From Azolla caroliniana (Eukaryota > Plantae > Polypodiophyta), in assembly GCA_043228905.1 (NCBI GenBank), contig JBHGNT010000020.1, positions 12,090,001 through 12,154,000 on the forward strand: DNA of 64,000 nucleotides, in the 5' to 3' direction. The notes beneath the pieces are model-generated. The model did not search any database. It worked only from the letters and a program-made list of their open reading frames with translations, and had not been told where the DNA came from. Within the stretch, counting starts at the first letter, position 1; each line of letters starts with the position of its first letter. Positions 52,001-63,927 of this stretch are shown here, one piece after another. The position numbers and the translations under genes were made by a program.

Positions 52001-55000
52001 TTAACAATAAGATAAACCAAGAACTATATTTCTTCGTGAGGCGCAAAGCCTTTAAATAGAAAAATGAGAGTGGATTTTGTAACCCGTACATTTATGAAAG
52101 GAGGTAAATATCCCTAGGAACATAATGAATTAAAGTAGTGGAGTGGAGAGAAAAGAACAATGCATTAAATGCTATAATGAAGTAGTGGTAGGTTCAAAAA
52201 GTCAATTGTAATAAATGCTGGAATAAAGTAAATCTAGAGAGAGATTGCGAATGGAGAGATTAGTTCTGGGGCTGTCACCCGCCAACACCTCTTCTCAGCT
52301 CCAAAGTGGCCGTCCTACATTTAGATGAGTAAGGAGTTGATCAATGGTGTCCCTAGGCAAGGGATTGATAAAGAGGTCAGCCACATTTTCTGGTAGAGGT
52401 GTTCATTCATATTTGCCTATCTCAATCTCTAATTGATGTGATGAAGTTTGCAGCTACCCTATCACATTGCACAACGTAGAGGATAGATGTATGTCCATAT
52501 AAGATGGCCCAATGATGAATCCATACTCCGATGTGTGTAAAAACATGACCAGTGGAATAAGTACCTGAATCCATCAGAGAAAGCTGATAAAGCGAGGGCA
52601 GTGGCATTCCACTATGAGGTTCAAACGAGAAAAGGCTTATGGTGGATAACTAGGCAATGTCTTACAGTGGGGCATCTTCCTACCAAGTGTTATTTTGGAG
52701 CTGATCCATGTTATCTTGCGTTCCAAGTTAATAATATTAGTTTAGATCACTCTATTCTTTTCCACTTTGGTCATGTTAGATGAGGACAATCCAAGCTATA
52801 TATTGGAATGGGGTTAGTGCATTTACGCTTATGCCATGTGATTCGAACCATTGTTGTATTTTAGCATGAACATCTCCATGTTCAGCAAGTTGTTTTGATC
52901 ACATAAGTGCCAATGTCGAGTACCTTCATTTAGGGAGCTCACAGAGCCGTTGGATACACATTGATCAGAATAATGCCTTGATGATTATTCTGCTCCCATC
53001 TCTGCTTGGATTATATCATGGGGTACCGATGCTTTGCTCCTTATCATGTGGGCAATCATTGAGGCTAAAGGTTGTCTCTAAATCTCTCTGTGTGGCTGTG
53101 TTGTCTCTTGCCCGGAGCACCCAATCCATTGCCGTGGACATGATAGTGGTGAAAACCTCTCCTTGCATCATTATCTTCCCTTGCTGCTCTTTCATGTCGG
53201 GTTCACCGAAGTGTGCGTGCATGTGCTATGCTAGCGGGACTGCGGAGGATCTGAAATAGGGAAGATGTGTTGTTGGGGAGTAACTTGCAATGGCGTTTCC
53301 CAGAAACCTTCACGTGTTGTCTACCCTTTCGTTGGCTCCTCTTGTGGATCGTCCTCATGGGCGGCCTCCTGTAAATCCTTTTGAGAATTTCCCTTGAGGA
53401 TACTCTTCGTGGATTCAAAGGGGCGTTCATGGATCTGATGGATGCTCAAGAAACGAACATCCATTTGTGCTTTAGGCTCTCGTGCAATGAACCAATTCTC
53501 TTTGTGAAGAATGTGTGCTTGTGCAATGAATGGGTGCTCAAGCAATGAATGGTTGCTCGGGCAATGAACCAGCGCTCATGCAAATAACGAGACTTGGACA
53601 ATGCATCAACTCTCATGCTTTCAAAGGACTCTCGTGTAATGGAGTAGCTTTCGTGGTTTTGATGGATGCTCGTGCTTTGGGCGCTTGTGCAATAAACTAA
53701 CACTTGTGCAAAGAACGGGTGCTCGTGCTTTGGGTGCTTAGACAATATACTTGCACTCACGTTTTCAAAGGGCTCTTATGTAATGGAGGAGCTCTCATGG
53801 ATTCAAAGGGGCTCTCGTGGAATCCCCCCTTCATAGATTCCTTTTGTGGAATCTCTGTGTAAATAATGGGCACTCATGGATTCCAAGGAGATCTCATGGA
53901 TCCAAACTCTTTTTGGCATTGTCTAACACCTAAACCCTAAACCCTAAACCTTACTCCCTCGGTCGTTCCAACACAATTACACGACGATTAACCGAGATTA
54001 AGACTAATAGTTGTTTTGTGCACCAAATACTAGATTAAGAACGAAACAAGTTTGATTACAATGAGAAAGCCCTTTGAACATAGGGTGAAACAAGGATGAG
54101 TCTACAAAAGGAAGGGGAAATAAACTATGAAGGTCTTCAAATTTCGGTGGCCTATGCTTATGAATGATGGCCGCCTCACCTTGTCGTCTTGGCTTTCTAC
54201 TCCCTTGTATGCTGCTGCCTCCTCTTGAGTGCATCCTTTCTTCGTCTCTTACACCCCTCGAGCAAGAACCCTCAATATCCTTTCTCACTCTACCAAATGA
54301 AGCTTAGTAGAAGGAGAGGAATATGAAGAGAAGTGGCCCACTATCCACTATCCATTGTCACACCCAACACCTGAAACGCTAACCCTAAACTGAAGAAGAA
54401 GGAAGAAAACCCTAAGAGAAGTAGAGAAAAGTAACCAAAACCCAAATCCCAAAAGGAGGACATTGGGAAGATGCTCTCAAGTTCTCCCCACAAAAAAATC
54501 CAAAAAAGGATTGAACCCCAAATAAGCCCTCCTAGTTCCCTTCTTATGATGATAGATGAGGCCAACCTACCCTAATAAATGCTCACCTACCCCCTTTTTA
54601 TCGAGATGTTAAAAAGGGTAGATAAATCCCATGTATTCATGTGCCAAGATTCAAACCTTTCATCTTTCCCCACACATAGCCTTAACCATTTGGCCATTGA
54701 CTGCTTATTACTATCTTTTTCTTTTTGTGTACATTCATATTACATTGTTTTCTGTGGTTGTCCCTTCCCCCTTTTTCTCCTTATCCCCCATTTGGACCTG
54801 CTATTGTGACATGGCGGTTCCATGAGTAGAAAAGGGAGAGGGAAAAAGGGACAACCACAAAATAACATAAATATGTAAATATGAAAAGAAAGATAAAATA
54901 ATAAAAAGTCAATGGTCAAAGGCTATTGATTGTGTGGGGAAAGATGAAAGGTTTAAATCTTGGCACGTGTGTACATGGGAGTTATCTACCCCTTTTTGTA

Positions 55001-55566
55001 TGTCAATGAAAAAGGGGGTGGGCCACTTCTCTCTATCTTCTTCTTCTCCTTCTACTAATCTTCTTTTGGGGCTGTGAGAGAGAGATGTTTAGGGATTCTT
55101 CTTACTCGGGACGGGTGGAATAGATATAAAGGAGGCACTCGAAGAGGAGGACATGGATGAGGGAGTGGAAAGCCACGATGACAAAAGGTAAGGCAATTGT
55201 CAATCATGAGCTCGGGCTACCAAAGCTTGAAGACCTTCCTCTTATTGTTCCCTCGTTTTCTTTATTTGTAATCTCGCGATTGGTACATCCTATACTAAAA
55301 GAAGATTTCTTGTTGTAACAAAACTTATTTTGGTTCTTAATCCAACTTTAGTTGTACAAAGATTATTAATCTTAATCCATGTTAATCTCATTGTGTAACA
55401 ATGTGTGCGGCCTTGCTAGGAGAAAGCACTCAAAGGCCTTCCACGAATGAATTCTATGAGCGTCCCTTCATTCCATGAGCACCCCTTCAATTCCACAAGC
55501 GCTTGTTGAATCTACGAGAGCCCTTTGAAAGCACGAGAGCGCGTTCAACCCATGAGTGTCAAGATC

Positions 55567-55648
<82 letters not shown>

Positions 55649-58600
55649 AGATTAACATCTTCTAAGACCAATGGTCCATGAGACAATTGGTTACAACAAA
55701 ATGGGATGTGTACCCAATCATTGAAAATAAAAATAAAATAAAACTTAGACAAAAGAGTTCTAGTATTGTACAAAAGGCGTTATGGTGTAACATATTTTAT
55801 AAAGGAAATGGCTATTTGATAGGCCTAGTTTCAAAAAGGAGTGAGAGGTCAAAGGGTTTCAATGTGGTTGTGGCTTGTGGTCCTGATGTAAAAGGTACCC
55901 TGTCCATAGCTTCTAGGTGGTGTAATTCATGTTCCCGTATCTTCTTAATTGCTTTTACACAAGTGACTTTGAGGCTCAGCATTTGAGGGTATTTGGTTGT
56001 TCTTTTGTTTTTTGCTTTAGCAAAGGAGAGGCCAAGTGGTGCAAGTGTGTCCATGCTCATCGTCCCCTCCTGTCCCTGAAAAATTTCATTGGTTACATGT
56101 TGATGAATATTAGAAAGGTTATGGTTAGCATTTTGTAGCTTATTCTCTCTATGTTGTTTTAGCTCTAAGATATAACTACTTAGTTTTTTTATATCTAGGG
56201 TATCTAATAGTTTTGAGAGGGTCCTAATATGTCTTGGTATTTTGCCCTTATCTCAAATGAAGTTGGACACTTGCATGTAAAGTGATACTCATCCTCTATT
56301 TCTATGTGACATAATCTACATATCCTTTCCTCTCTGGGGACTCCATTAGCACGACCATTCTCAACCTCAACTTGGTGAGATGATACTCTAAGTTGTCCAA
56401 TGGCAACCCTTAGTGCATTTGGTAAGAATGTATCTAGATATTTTGGTCGTATAATAAAACCTAACTTAGAGAAGTGCATGAAGTGTTCCTTATAGTACAA
56501 CATTTAAGATGAGAGTGGTTCTAGTGGGTTGATTCATTGATATTGAGTGTAAATTTGCCACATTTCTTGGCATATTACTTTATTATGGTCCTCATGAGAG
56601 ATTAAGTTTTATCGATCTCGTGGTTGTATTGAAGAAGCGGAGGTTGGTTATTAATGTCTAGACTGTTTGCAAAAAGCCAACTTACCATAGTGCTTTACAA
56701 AGAGCTAGTATCTCCGGATTCAAAGTGATTGAGATGCCTCGAAAATTTGATGAGATATCCTATCTTGTGATTGGCTATGTATCCTATTAATAAAAACTAT
56801 AAGTTTAAAAAGTGCTTCTACTAACTTCGGGGGTAAAGTGAACTTTGCTCTAATGATGTCTCTAGGTAGCACAAGATGTCCTTTCCATTGAACTGGCCTG
56901 TCGTTTCGACAACCGTCTCTATGGCTCGGTCTAGGCAGGCCGTGTTCTCCTTTCTTGCATCATCCTATCCATTGCTACAACCATCATCGTAGCGAGATCC
57001 TCTCCTTGCATCTTGATTTTTCCCTTGCCGCTCTTTCACGTCGGATTCACCAAATTTTGCATGTAAGTGTGCATGTGTGTGCTACTTAAGTGAGACCACG
57101 GGAGTCTTGGACCAAGGAGGACTTGAAAAGATGGGGATGAAAGATCTAGGAGTTGATAGACTTGGATGTCAAAAAGTTGTCGAAGAAAAAGGTGTCGAAG
57201 AAAGGTGTAAGTCGAAGAAAGAAGTTGAAGGGAGGTGTTTGTCGAAGAAAGAAGTGTAGTAGAAGAAATGTGGAAATCAAAGAAAGAAGTTGAAGGGAGT
57301 ATGTCGAAGAAAAAGTCAAAGAAACGAAGAAGTTGGAGGGATGAGTATGTCGAAGAAATGTTTTAGTCGAAGAAAGAAGTCGAAGGGAGGAGTATGTCGA
57401 AGAAACTTCTTCCTTCTTTGAAGGTTATGACAGGTGAGTTTCTACAAGGGAATACATGGTGATGAAGTTGATGAGAAGCAAAAGTCAAAGAAACCCCTTT
57501 AGTTGAAAGGGGGGGGGGGGTAAGTTGAAGGTTACAGATGCATGAAGAGAAACAAACACTTGCGGGAACATGAAATTACGGGGGTTTGCCTATGGGAACT
57601 AGATCATCAGGGGCATTTACGCGATTAATGCGATGAGTATGAGTTTATGACAAAATGACCTTGAAGAAATAGATGCTTGATTACATCAACAAGGCCCTTT
57701 ATAAAATAGGGTTTGCAAGTTACAAAGGGTAGGGGTTACAACGATGACAACCTCAAGTTAACCACGAGCTCAAGCAAGAGATAGAAAGTGAGAGGAATGA
57801 AGCTATTGGCGAGTCGAGTGGGTCACCGATATTGCAACTACCTCCGACGGCCATGATGCCTCGAATTGGGGTAGAGTTCTTGTGCCACTCCGTCCTCCCA
57901 ACGAAAGATTGGTGTGTTACCTTGCCACCTCCTCGTTGCCTCCACTCGAGCATCAAAAACATAGATGAAAAAGAGTCGAAGAAACGCAAAACTCGAAGAA
58001 GACTCCCTCCATTGGCAAAATCGAAGAAGACGAAGATGAACACTCCCAAGCTTCCAAAACATTGAAGAAGACCACCGAAAAACGAAGAATGAACGAAGAA
58101 GCCAAAATAAGCCCTCCCTCATAAAAGGAGGGAGGTGCTATATTTGCATTGCAAATGTCCCTTTCCCCATATAAAAGTAAAAATAGGAATATATTTTAAT
58201 ACGGCCGCTCTAACATAGAATCAAACTTTGCATGTCCTACATACATTGAATGGCCCTAACCACTAGGCCATTCACTTTTATTAATTCTTTAATAATTATA
58301 TATATATGTACATTTTGTGGCTCCCCTTTCTTTGCCTTTTCCCATGTGCTACACATTCTCTCTTTCTTACTTTTCCACACATGCTTTCACTCTATTCCAT
58401 ATTGTCTTTTTAGCCACTTTCCCACCTTTGGGCCTCCCACATCACGACAACGTGGGAAAAGGGGCAAAGAAAGGGGAGCCACAATCTGTAAATATAAAAT
58501 TATTAAAGAATTAATAAAAGTGAATGGCCTAGTGGTTAGGGCCATTCAATGTGTGTAGGTGGTGCATAGTTCAATTCTCTGCTAGAGCGACCACATTAAA

Positions 58601-61600
58601 GTATTATCTTTTTTTTACTTTTATATGGGAAAATGGACATTTGCATTGAATGGAAATGAGGCGCCTGCCTCCCTATAAAAGGAGGGAAGGAGGGCTTATT
58701 TTAGGTCCTTCATTCTTCGTTTTTGGGTGGTCTTCTTTAACATTTTTGGGAGCTCGGGAGTGTTCATCTTCGTCTTCTTCGAGTTTGCGTGGGGTCTTCT
58801 TTAGTTTTCTTTTTATCATCGACCTTCTTTGTCCCTTTTCAGGTTTTCGAAGCTCAAGTAGGGGCAACAAGGAGGCGGCAAGCTAGCACGGTCGTTCATA
58901 GAGAGGACGGAGTGGCACGAGAACTTTCCCCCGATTCAAGGTATTGTTGTTGTCAGAGGTAGTTGTGATCTCGGTGGCCCACACTCGACTTGCCTACATC
59001 GGAAGCTTCACTCCTCTCATTGTCTTCTCTTGCTTGTGCTCGTGGTGAACTTGAGGTTGCCACTCTTGTAACCCCTCCCCCCTTTGGAACTTGTAAACCC
59101 TATTTTTTAAAGGGTCTGCTTGTTGTAATCTAGTGTCTACTTCTTAATACAAGGTCATTTTGTCTTAAACTCATACTCGTCGCATTAATCACGTGATTAA
59201 ACTCTTCGTCAAGCATTTGAGACGACCTAATTTGCATCTGGGAACTCTAACAATTCCGTGCTCTGCAGCATTTGCTTTGAGCCTTCGACTAGATGCTTCC
59301 TTTGACTAAAGGGGTTTCTAGGACTAAGCACTTCCTTTGACATACACCTTTGTTCGACTTACATTTTTCTTCGACATCTTTGTTTCTTTGACATACACTT
59401 TTAGTCGACATCATATTTTCTTCGACATACACTTTTCTTCGACATCTTTGATTCTTTGACTATGCGCTTCTTTCGACTAGAAGGTTTCTTTGTCATCGAC
59501 TAGTCCTTTCGACACCTTTTTGACCCTCGAGTCTTTTCGACTCTTAGATCTTTTTCGACCCCATCTTTTTGAGTTATCCTAACCTCAGTGTCTGTTGGAG
59601 GGTGGAAGCTCCAGACCTACACTCTCTTTCATCTTTATTATCTCCATTCTACATTCTCTCTCTTCCTAGATTCTCCTCTATCTAGAATCTGCAATGCTTT
59701 AAATGCCTTTTCTCACTTCCAATTTTTCCAAGATATTCCCTTTTATTCCTAGTTTATTGTACCTGTTTGGTAGTACAAGAGTCTCTTAACTACCAAACAA
59801 CCATTCCCAATTTTGTATAAATAGGCTATACCAGCCTCTTTTGTAACCAGATTATTTTCTGCTGCTAATTGCAAATAAGCTCTATTCTTTGGTTGTGTCT
59901 CTACTCTTTGCAACTATTTTTTCTACTGCTGTTAACAGCCTTCTCACAGCTTGGCTGTGTCTGTTTTGTTCTCACTGTTCCGCTGTTGCTATTAACAGCG
60001 TTTCTCACATGGTATCAGAGCAGTGAGGTCTCCATATCCTCAGCCTGATTTTTTTTTGCCAAAGAGCACACAAAAGTATCTTCTTTCCACCCTCTCAACC
60101 TATAGAGAAGGTTCATCTTTTTTATTTTCCGCTCATCTGAGCCTCGCCTAGCATCTAGGGAGGAGTAGAAGGACCCTGAGCATCTACTTACAGCTGCTGC
60201 AAATTGTGCAGTTGTAGCTCAAGAGGAGGATATCCATGGCCTCACATGCCACCATTGTTTCATCAACTATTCCCCAACTCCCCAAAGAGTCCATCTTGGA
60301 TGGGAACAATTACTTGGATTGGGAACTGCAAATAAATACCTTGCTACAGTACCATCGTCTATGGAATGTAGTCAATGGTAGTGACAAGAAACCACCGGTA
60401 ACTTCATCCTCTTCAACCAAATCAGTTGCTGGCTCATCTAATGCTGAGATTGAAGCTTGGTTACCTAAGGATTCTTGTCCTCATGCTTTCCTCATGTTTA
60501 ATATTAAACCGAGCATCGCTCGTCAATTTCAAGATACAGATTAAGAGACAGCCAATGAACAATAGGCAGCCATAAAAAAGAGACATCATCGAGCTAATCA
60601 TGCTCAAATGATAGCTATTAAAAGCCAACTAGTGATTCTGAAGATTCATGATACTCCCAACATCATATGGATCAAATAACGCAATTTGTTACTCTCCAAA
60701 AGGAACTAGTTTCTTTTGGAAGCAAGTCAACTGAAATTGAGTTTGTGCATCGTCTAATAATAAAGTTGCTTGAGTCATTCTCAGCCTTTTGTGACACAAT
60801 TTCTCTTCTTCCCAACACACCTGATATGAATACATTTCTTGGCATGCTACAAGACAGGGCAACAAGGAAGAAAAGTGCTTAAACTTCCAATGAGATGCTT
60901 CTACATGCGAAAAGTAAAGGCAAGTGGAAGCAAAATGGCAACTCCTACCAATCCAAGACCAACAAACAACCCAGCCTACAAGGAGCTCACCTACCATTAT
61001 TGTGGCTACAAAGGTCACATTCAGCCCGATTGTCGGAAAAAGAAAAACGACAATCCAAGAAATCATCTTCTACCGAAAGTCAACCTACACCAATATCAAA
61101 CTTGGTCCACTCAGCCAAAGAAACAGTTTTCCTTGGCATTGAGGAACATTCTTCACATTTGGTTGGAACGACTACCTCACACATTGATGAGTGGTTAGTA
61201 GACAGTGGTGCCACTGCATACATGACTTATGACAAATCCATTTTGCATGATGTGAAGCCTAGCTCCTCCCAAATCTCCTTCGTGTGGGTAATGTGTTTCT
61301 TAACACTTCTTCAAATGACGAACTTGCTGTTCTTTAAGATGTGCTACATGTGCCTCGCATCTCTGCCCACCTACTCTCAGTCTACCAAATCACTAAGCAA
61401 GATTATGAAGTCTACTTTGATAGCTGAGTTTTGGAAGTCATTGACACCAACAACCTACAAATTGTAGCTAGTGGCACACAAGAATGGGGTTTATACCGCC
61501 TGAAAAGTTCCCACAGCCCCTTGGAAAAATCCAAATCTCATCTTCTTCGTCTTCTTCAAGGCTCTCATGCCTTGGTGGCAGAAGAAGATCCCACATTGTG

Positions 61601-63927
61601 GCATGCTAGGTTCGGTCACCTCAACTACGATTCTCTACAAAAGCTCTCCTCTTCACAACTAGTTGAGGGTTTGCCTATTTTCAAAACTCCCAATATCCCA
61701 TGTGTTGCTTGTCTTCATGGCAAACAACATCGAGAGCCTTTCCCTCATGAAGCCACTCACCGTGCAACATCTATCTTGGAGTTAGTGCACATGGATCTTT
61801 GTGGTCCATGAAAACCACTACTCTTGGTGGTGAACACTACTTCATGCTTATAATTGATGATTTCTCCCGTCTCAAGCCTTCATCAAATTTCAAGAATGAG
61901 TAGCTCTTGTTGAGAAAGAGACATCAAAGAAAGTTCGAAAGATCAATTCCGACAATGGTGAAGAGTTTATCTCCCAAGCTTGCCACCATTTTTGTTGTCA
62001 ACGAGGCATTGCTCGCCAATTTTCTACACCCAATACTCCTCAACAAAATGGATTTGTGGAAAGGAAGAACCGGATAGTCCAAGAGATGGCTTGTACAATG
62101 CTATCTCAATCTGATCTTCCTCTCTCATTTTGGGGTGAAGCTGTCAACACAGCAGTCTACATCATCAACTGCTGCCCAACAGAAGAAGTTGCTGCAATGA
62201 CCCTTGCAGAAGCATTTACAGGTGTAAAGCCCTCAGTATCTCATTTTAAAGTCTTTGGTTGTGATGCCTATGTTCACATTTCAGATCATAAAAGGACTAA
62301 ATTTGAGTTCAAAACCAAGAAATGCAAAATTTCTTGGTTACAACACACAATCTAAAGCCTACAGGTTATGGGATTTAGAATCAAAGTCCCTAGTCATCTC
62401 TAGGGATGTTCATTTTGTGGAGTCCCAGCAGGATGACTCTAGGATTTCACCTGAGTTCAAGGTTGAAATCCCAGCTCCTCCGGAATCTCCTATTTTAGAC
62501 GAAGATTGCTCACCTTCAAATCCCCCATCTCCTCCTACTCAATCTCTAACTTCGCCAACAATTCAAACCTCTCCCTCAACTCCGCTCGTTTCCCCTCCCT
62601 CTACACACCACTTCCCAAGTGGCTTCGAGCCACCATTCATGATTCTCATCTCTCCAATGCTGAACTTCATGAGTATACGTTTGGTTCTTTGTCCAACATG
62701 AAAAGAACACGTAAGTCACAACAGCCTCTTTACTCATGCAACTTTGCCTTACTGTGCACTGTTGTGCAATCACAAGAACCCACAACAGCAAACGAGGCCT
62801 TGTTCTTCCAAAGTGGAAAGCAACAATGGAAGTTGGACTTGATTCCATTGAGCGGAATCATACATGGGACCTGGTCCCACGGTCTACTCACAAGTTATCA
62901 ACTTGGCATATTGTCCTACTCAAGAAAATGTGGCTGATTTATTTCCTAAGCCACTTTCAAGGCAAGCCATTGATCAACTCCTTGGTCGACTCAATGTTGG
63001 ACCGCCGTTCTGGAGCTGAGAGGAGGTGTTGGAGGGTGGCAACTCCAGACTTGCACTCTCTTTCATCTTTATTATCGCTGTTCTACATTCTCTCTCTTCC
63101 TAGATTCTTCCCTCTCTAGAATTTGCAACTCGTTAAATGCCTTCTCTCTCTAGAATCCTTGTCCTTGATGCTTTGCTTCTTTTGTGCTCTGCTTCATGTC
63201 TTCTCGAATCATTCTTTTTAAATTACAATGGTGTAGTTAAAATGAATGAAGCTCCTAAATCTCTCTACGTTTACATAGTAAAGTAAGAGACTGCACATGT
63301 GGAAATAAAGGATCAACCATAAGCTACAATCAGGATGGCATTATGAAACACCGAGAATGCTCACTAGAAACCTCCTGAATAACTAAACAACCCTTAAAAC
63401 CTTGGGAATCCTCACAGGTGTTTTGCATGGCTACACATTTTTTTGCAGGACATGACGTTTAACATTCTAACAGCATTCAAGGAAATTAAGCAGCAACCAC
63501 AACAAATGCCAATGATTATGTTATTTTTTAAACTTTACAGGCCAGTTTACAAAGGGCATGAAAGTACAACTGGCACGGACAGGAAGAACAGTATCTTTGA
63601 CAAGACCCCAAAAGATGTTTGCTCAAGATCGTACAACTATAGAGACTGGCTTTGCTGGAGATGGTGAAATCCGAATATATATTTTTCTAATTTGTGATTT
63701 TAGTTTTTCTGTTTCTAATCCAAGACTTATTGCTCTCAGTTATTGGGTTGAATAATCCAAATACATTTGCCATTGGAGATACGATATACACAGGTCCACG
63801 TGTTCGATATCCTGGAATACCTTCTTTCTCTCCGGAGTTGTTCAGCTACATGCGAAATCCCAACCCTTCTAAATACAAGCAGTTTCAAAAGGGGCTTACA
63901 GAGCTTCTGGGAGAGGGTGCAGTTCAG
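46062..63927 (+). CDS. prfC: Peptide chain release factor 3, organelle-targeted (probably plastid, cyanobacterial type); 3' end lies beyond the window
   Basis: Exons 46062-46529, 48634-48745, 48879-48958, 49382-49404, 49499-49580, 49681-49829, 50436-50589, 50718-50825, 51515-51628, 51714-51774, 63541-63663 and 63740-63927, all in frame. Motifs [88 protein letters not shown] and IPSFSPELF. The N-terminal extension is Ser/Pro/Ala-rich. Confidence 0.95.
51959..52640 (-). mobile_element. Ty1/copia 3' remnant (RNase H tail, PPT and 3' LTR at 52287-51959)
   Basis: The minus strand reads gaaaatgtggctgacctcttt...(ENVADLF)...ggagctgagaagagg|TGTTGGCGGGTG, homologous to the copia tail at 62924-63045. 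The LTR ends ...ataaCA at 51959. Confidence 0.75.
52640..52930 (-). mobile_element. LINE ORF2 C-terminal remnant
   Basis: Translates [18 protein letters not shown]; homologous to 17440-17720. Confidence 0.55.
52990..55568. mobile_element. Palindrome A: head-to-head pair of LTR-like promoter/UTR arms, centre ~54811
   Basis: 54580-54790 is inverted at 54825-55022, and 54000-54342 is inverted at 55018-55385 (diverged). The left arm begins TGTCACA on the minus strand at 54811 and leads to a short ORF at 53222. Confidence 0.75.
55569..55650. repeat. (GA)n microsatellite
   Basis: About 80 bp of GA repeats. Confidence 0.95.
55700..56880 (-). mobile_element. LINE 3' fragment with C-terminal zinc-binding motif
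   Basis: ORF 56204-56503 reads [15 protein letters not shown]...[23 protein letters not shown], the CCHC tail of non-LTR ORF2. Degenerate ORF2 continues to ~56880. Confidence 0.75.
56890..59592. mobile_element. Palindrome B: head-to-head pair of LTR-like arms, centre ~58449
   Basis: aatggccctaaccactaggccattcacttttattaattctttaataat (~58249) is inverted at ~58498-58548; 57620-57665 is inverted at 59150-59196; 57120-57160 is inverted at 59535-59575. The left arm begins TGTCGTGA on the minus strand at 58449. Confidence 0.8.
59593..63150 (+). mobile_element. Ty1/copia LTR retrotransposon, frameshifted, RT/RNase H largely deleted, 3' LTR truncated
   Basis: 5' LTR 59593-60009 (TG...CA); PBS TGGTATCAGAGC (tRNA-iMet) at 60010; gag (LDGNNYLDW; zinc knuckle [12 protein letters not shown]); protease WLVDSGAT; [19 protein letters not shown] and [10 protein letters not shown]; integrase PQQNG...ERKNR; PPT tgagaggagg; 3' LTR from 63027. 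Confidence 0.95.

Noticed and set aside
57572-57618. Hammerhead-like core on the minus strand (CTGATGA-stem-CAAAC...GTA)
   Set aside because: The GAAA core lacks its G, stem I does not pair, and the motif is missing from the opposite arm.
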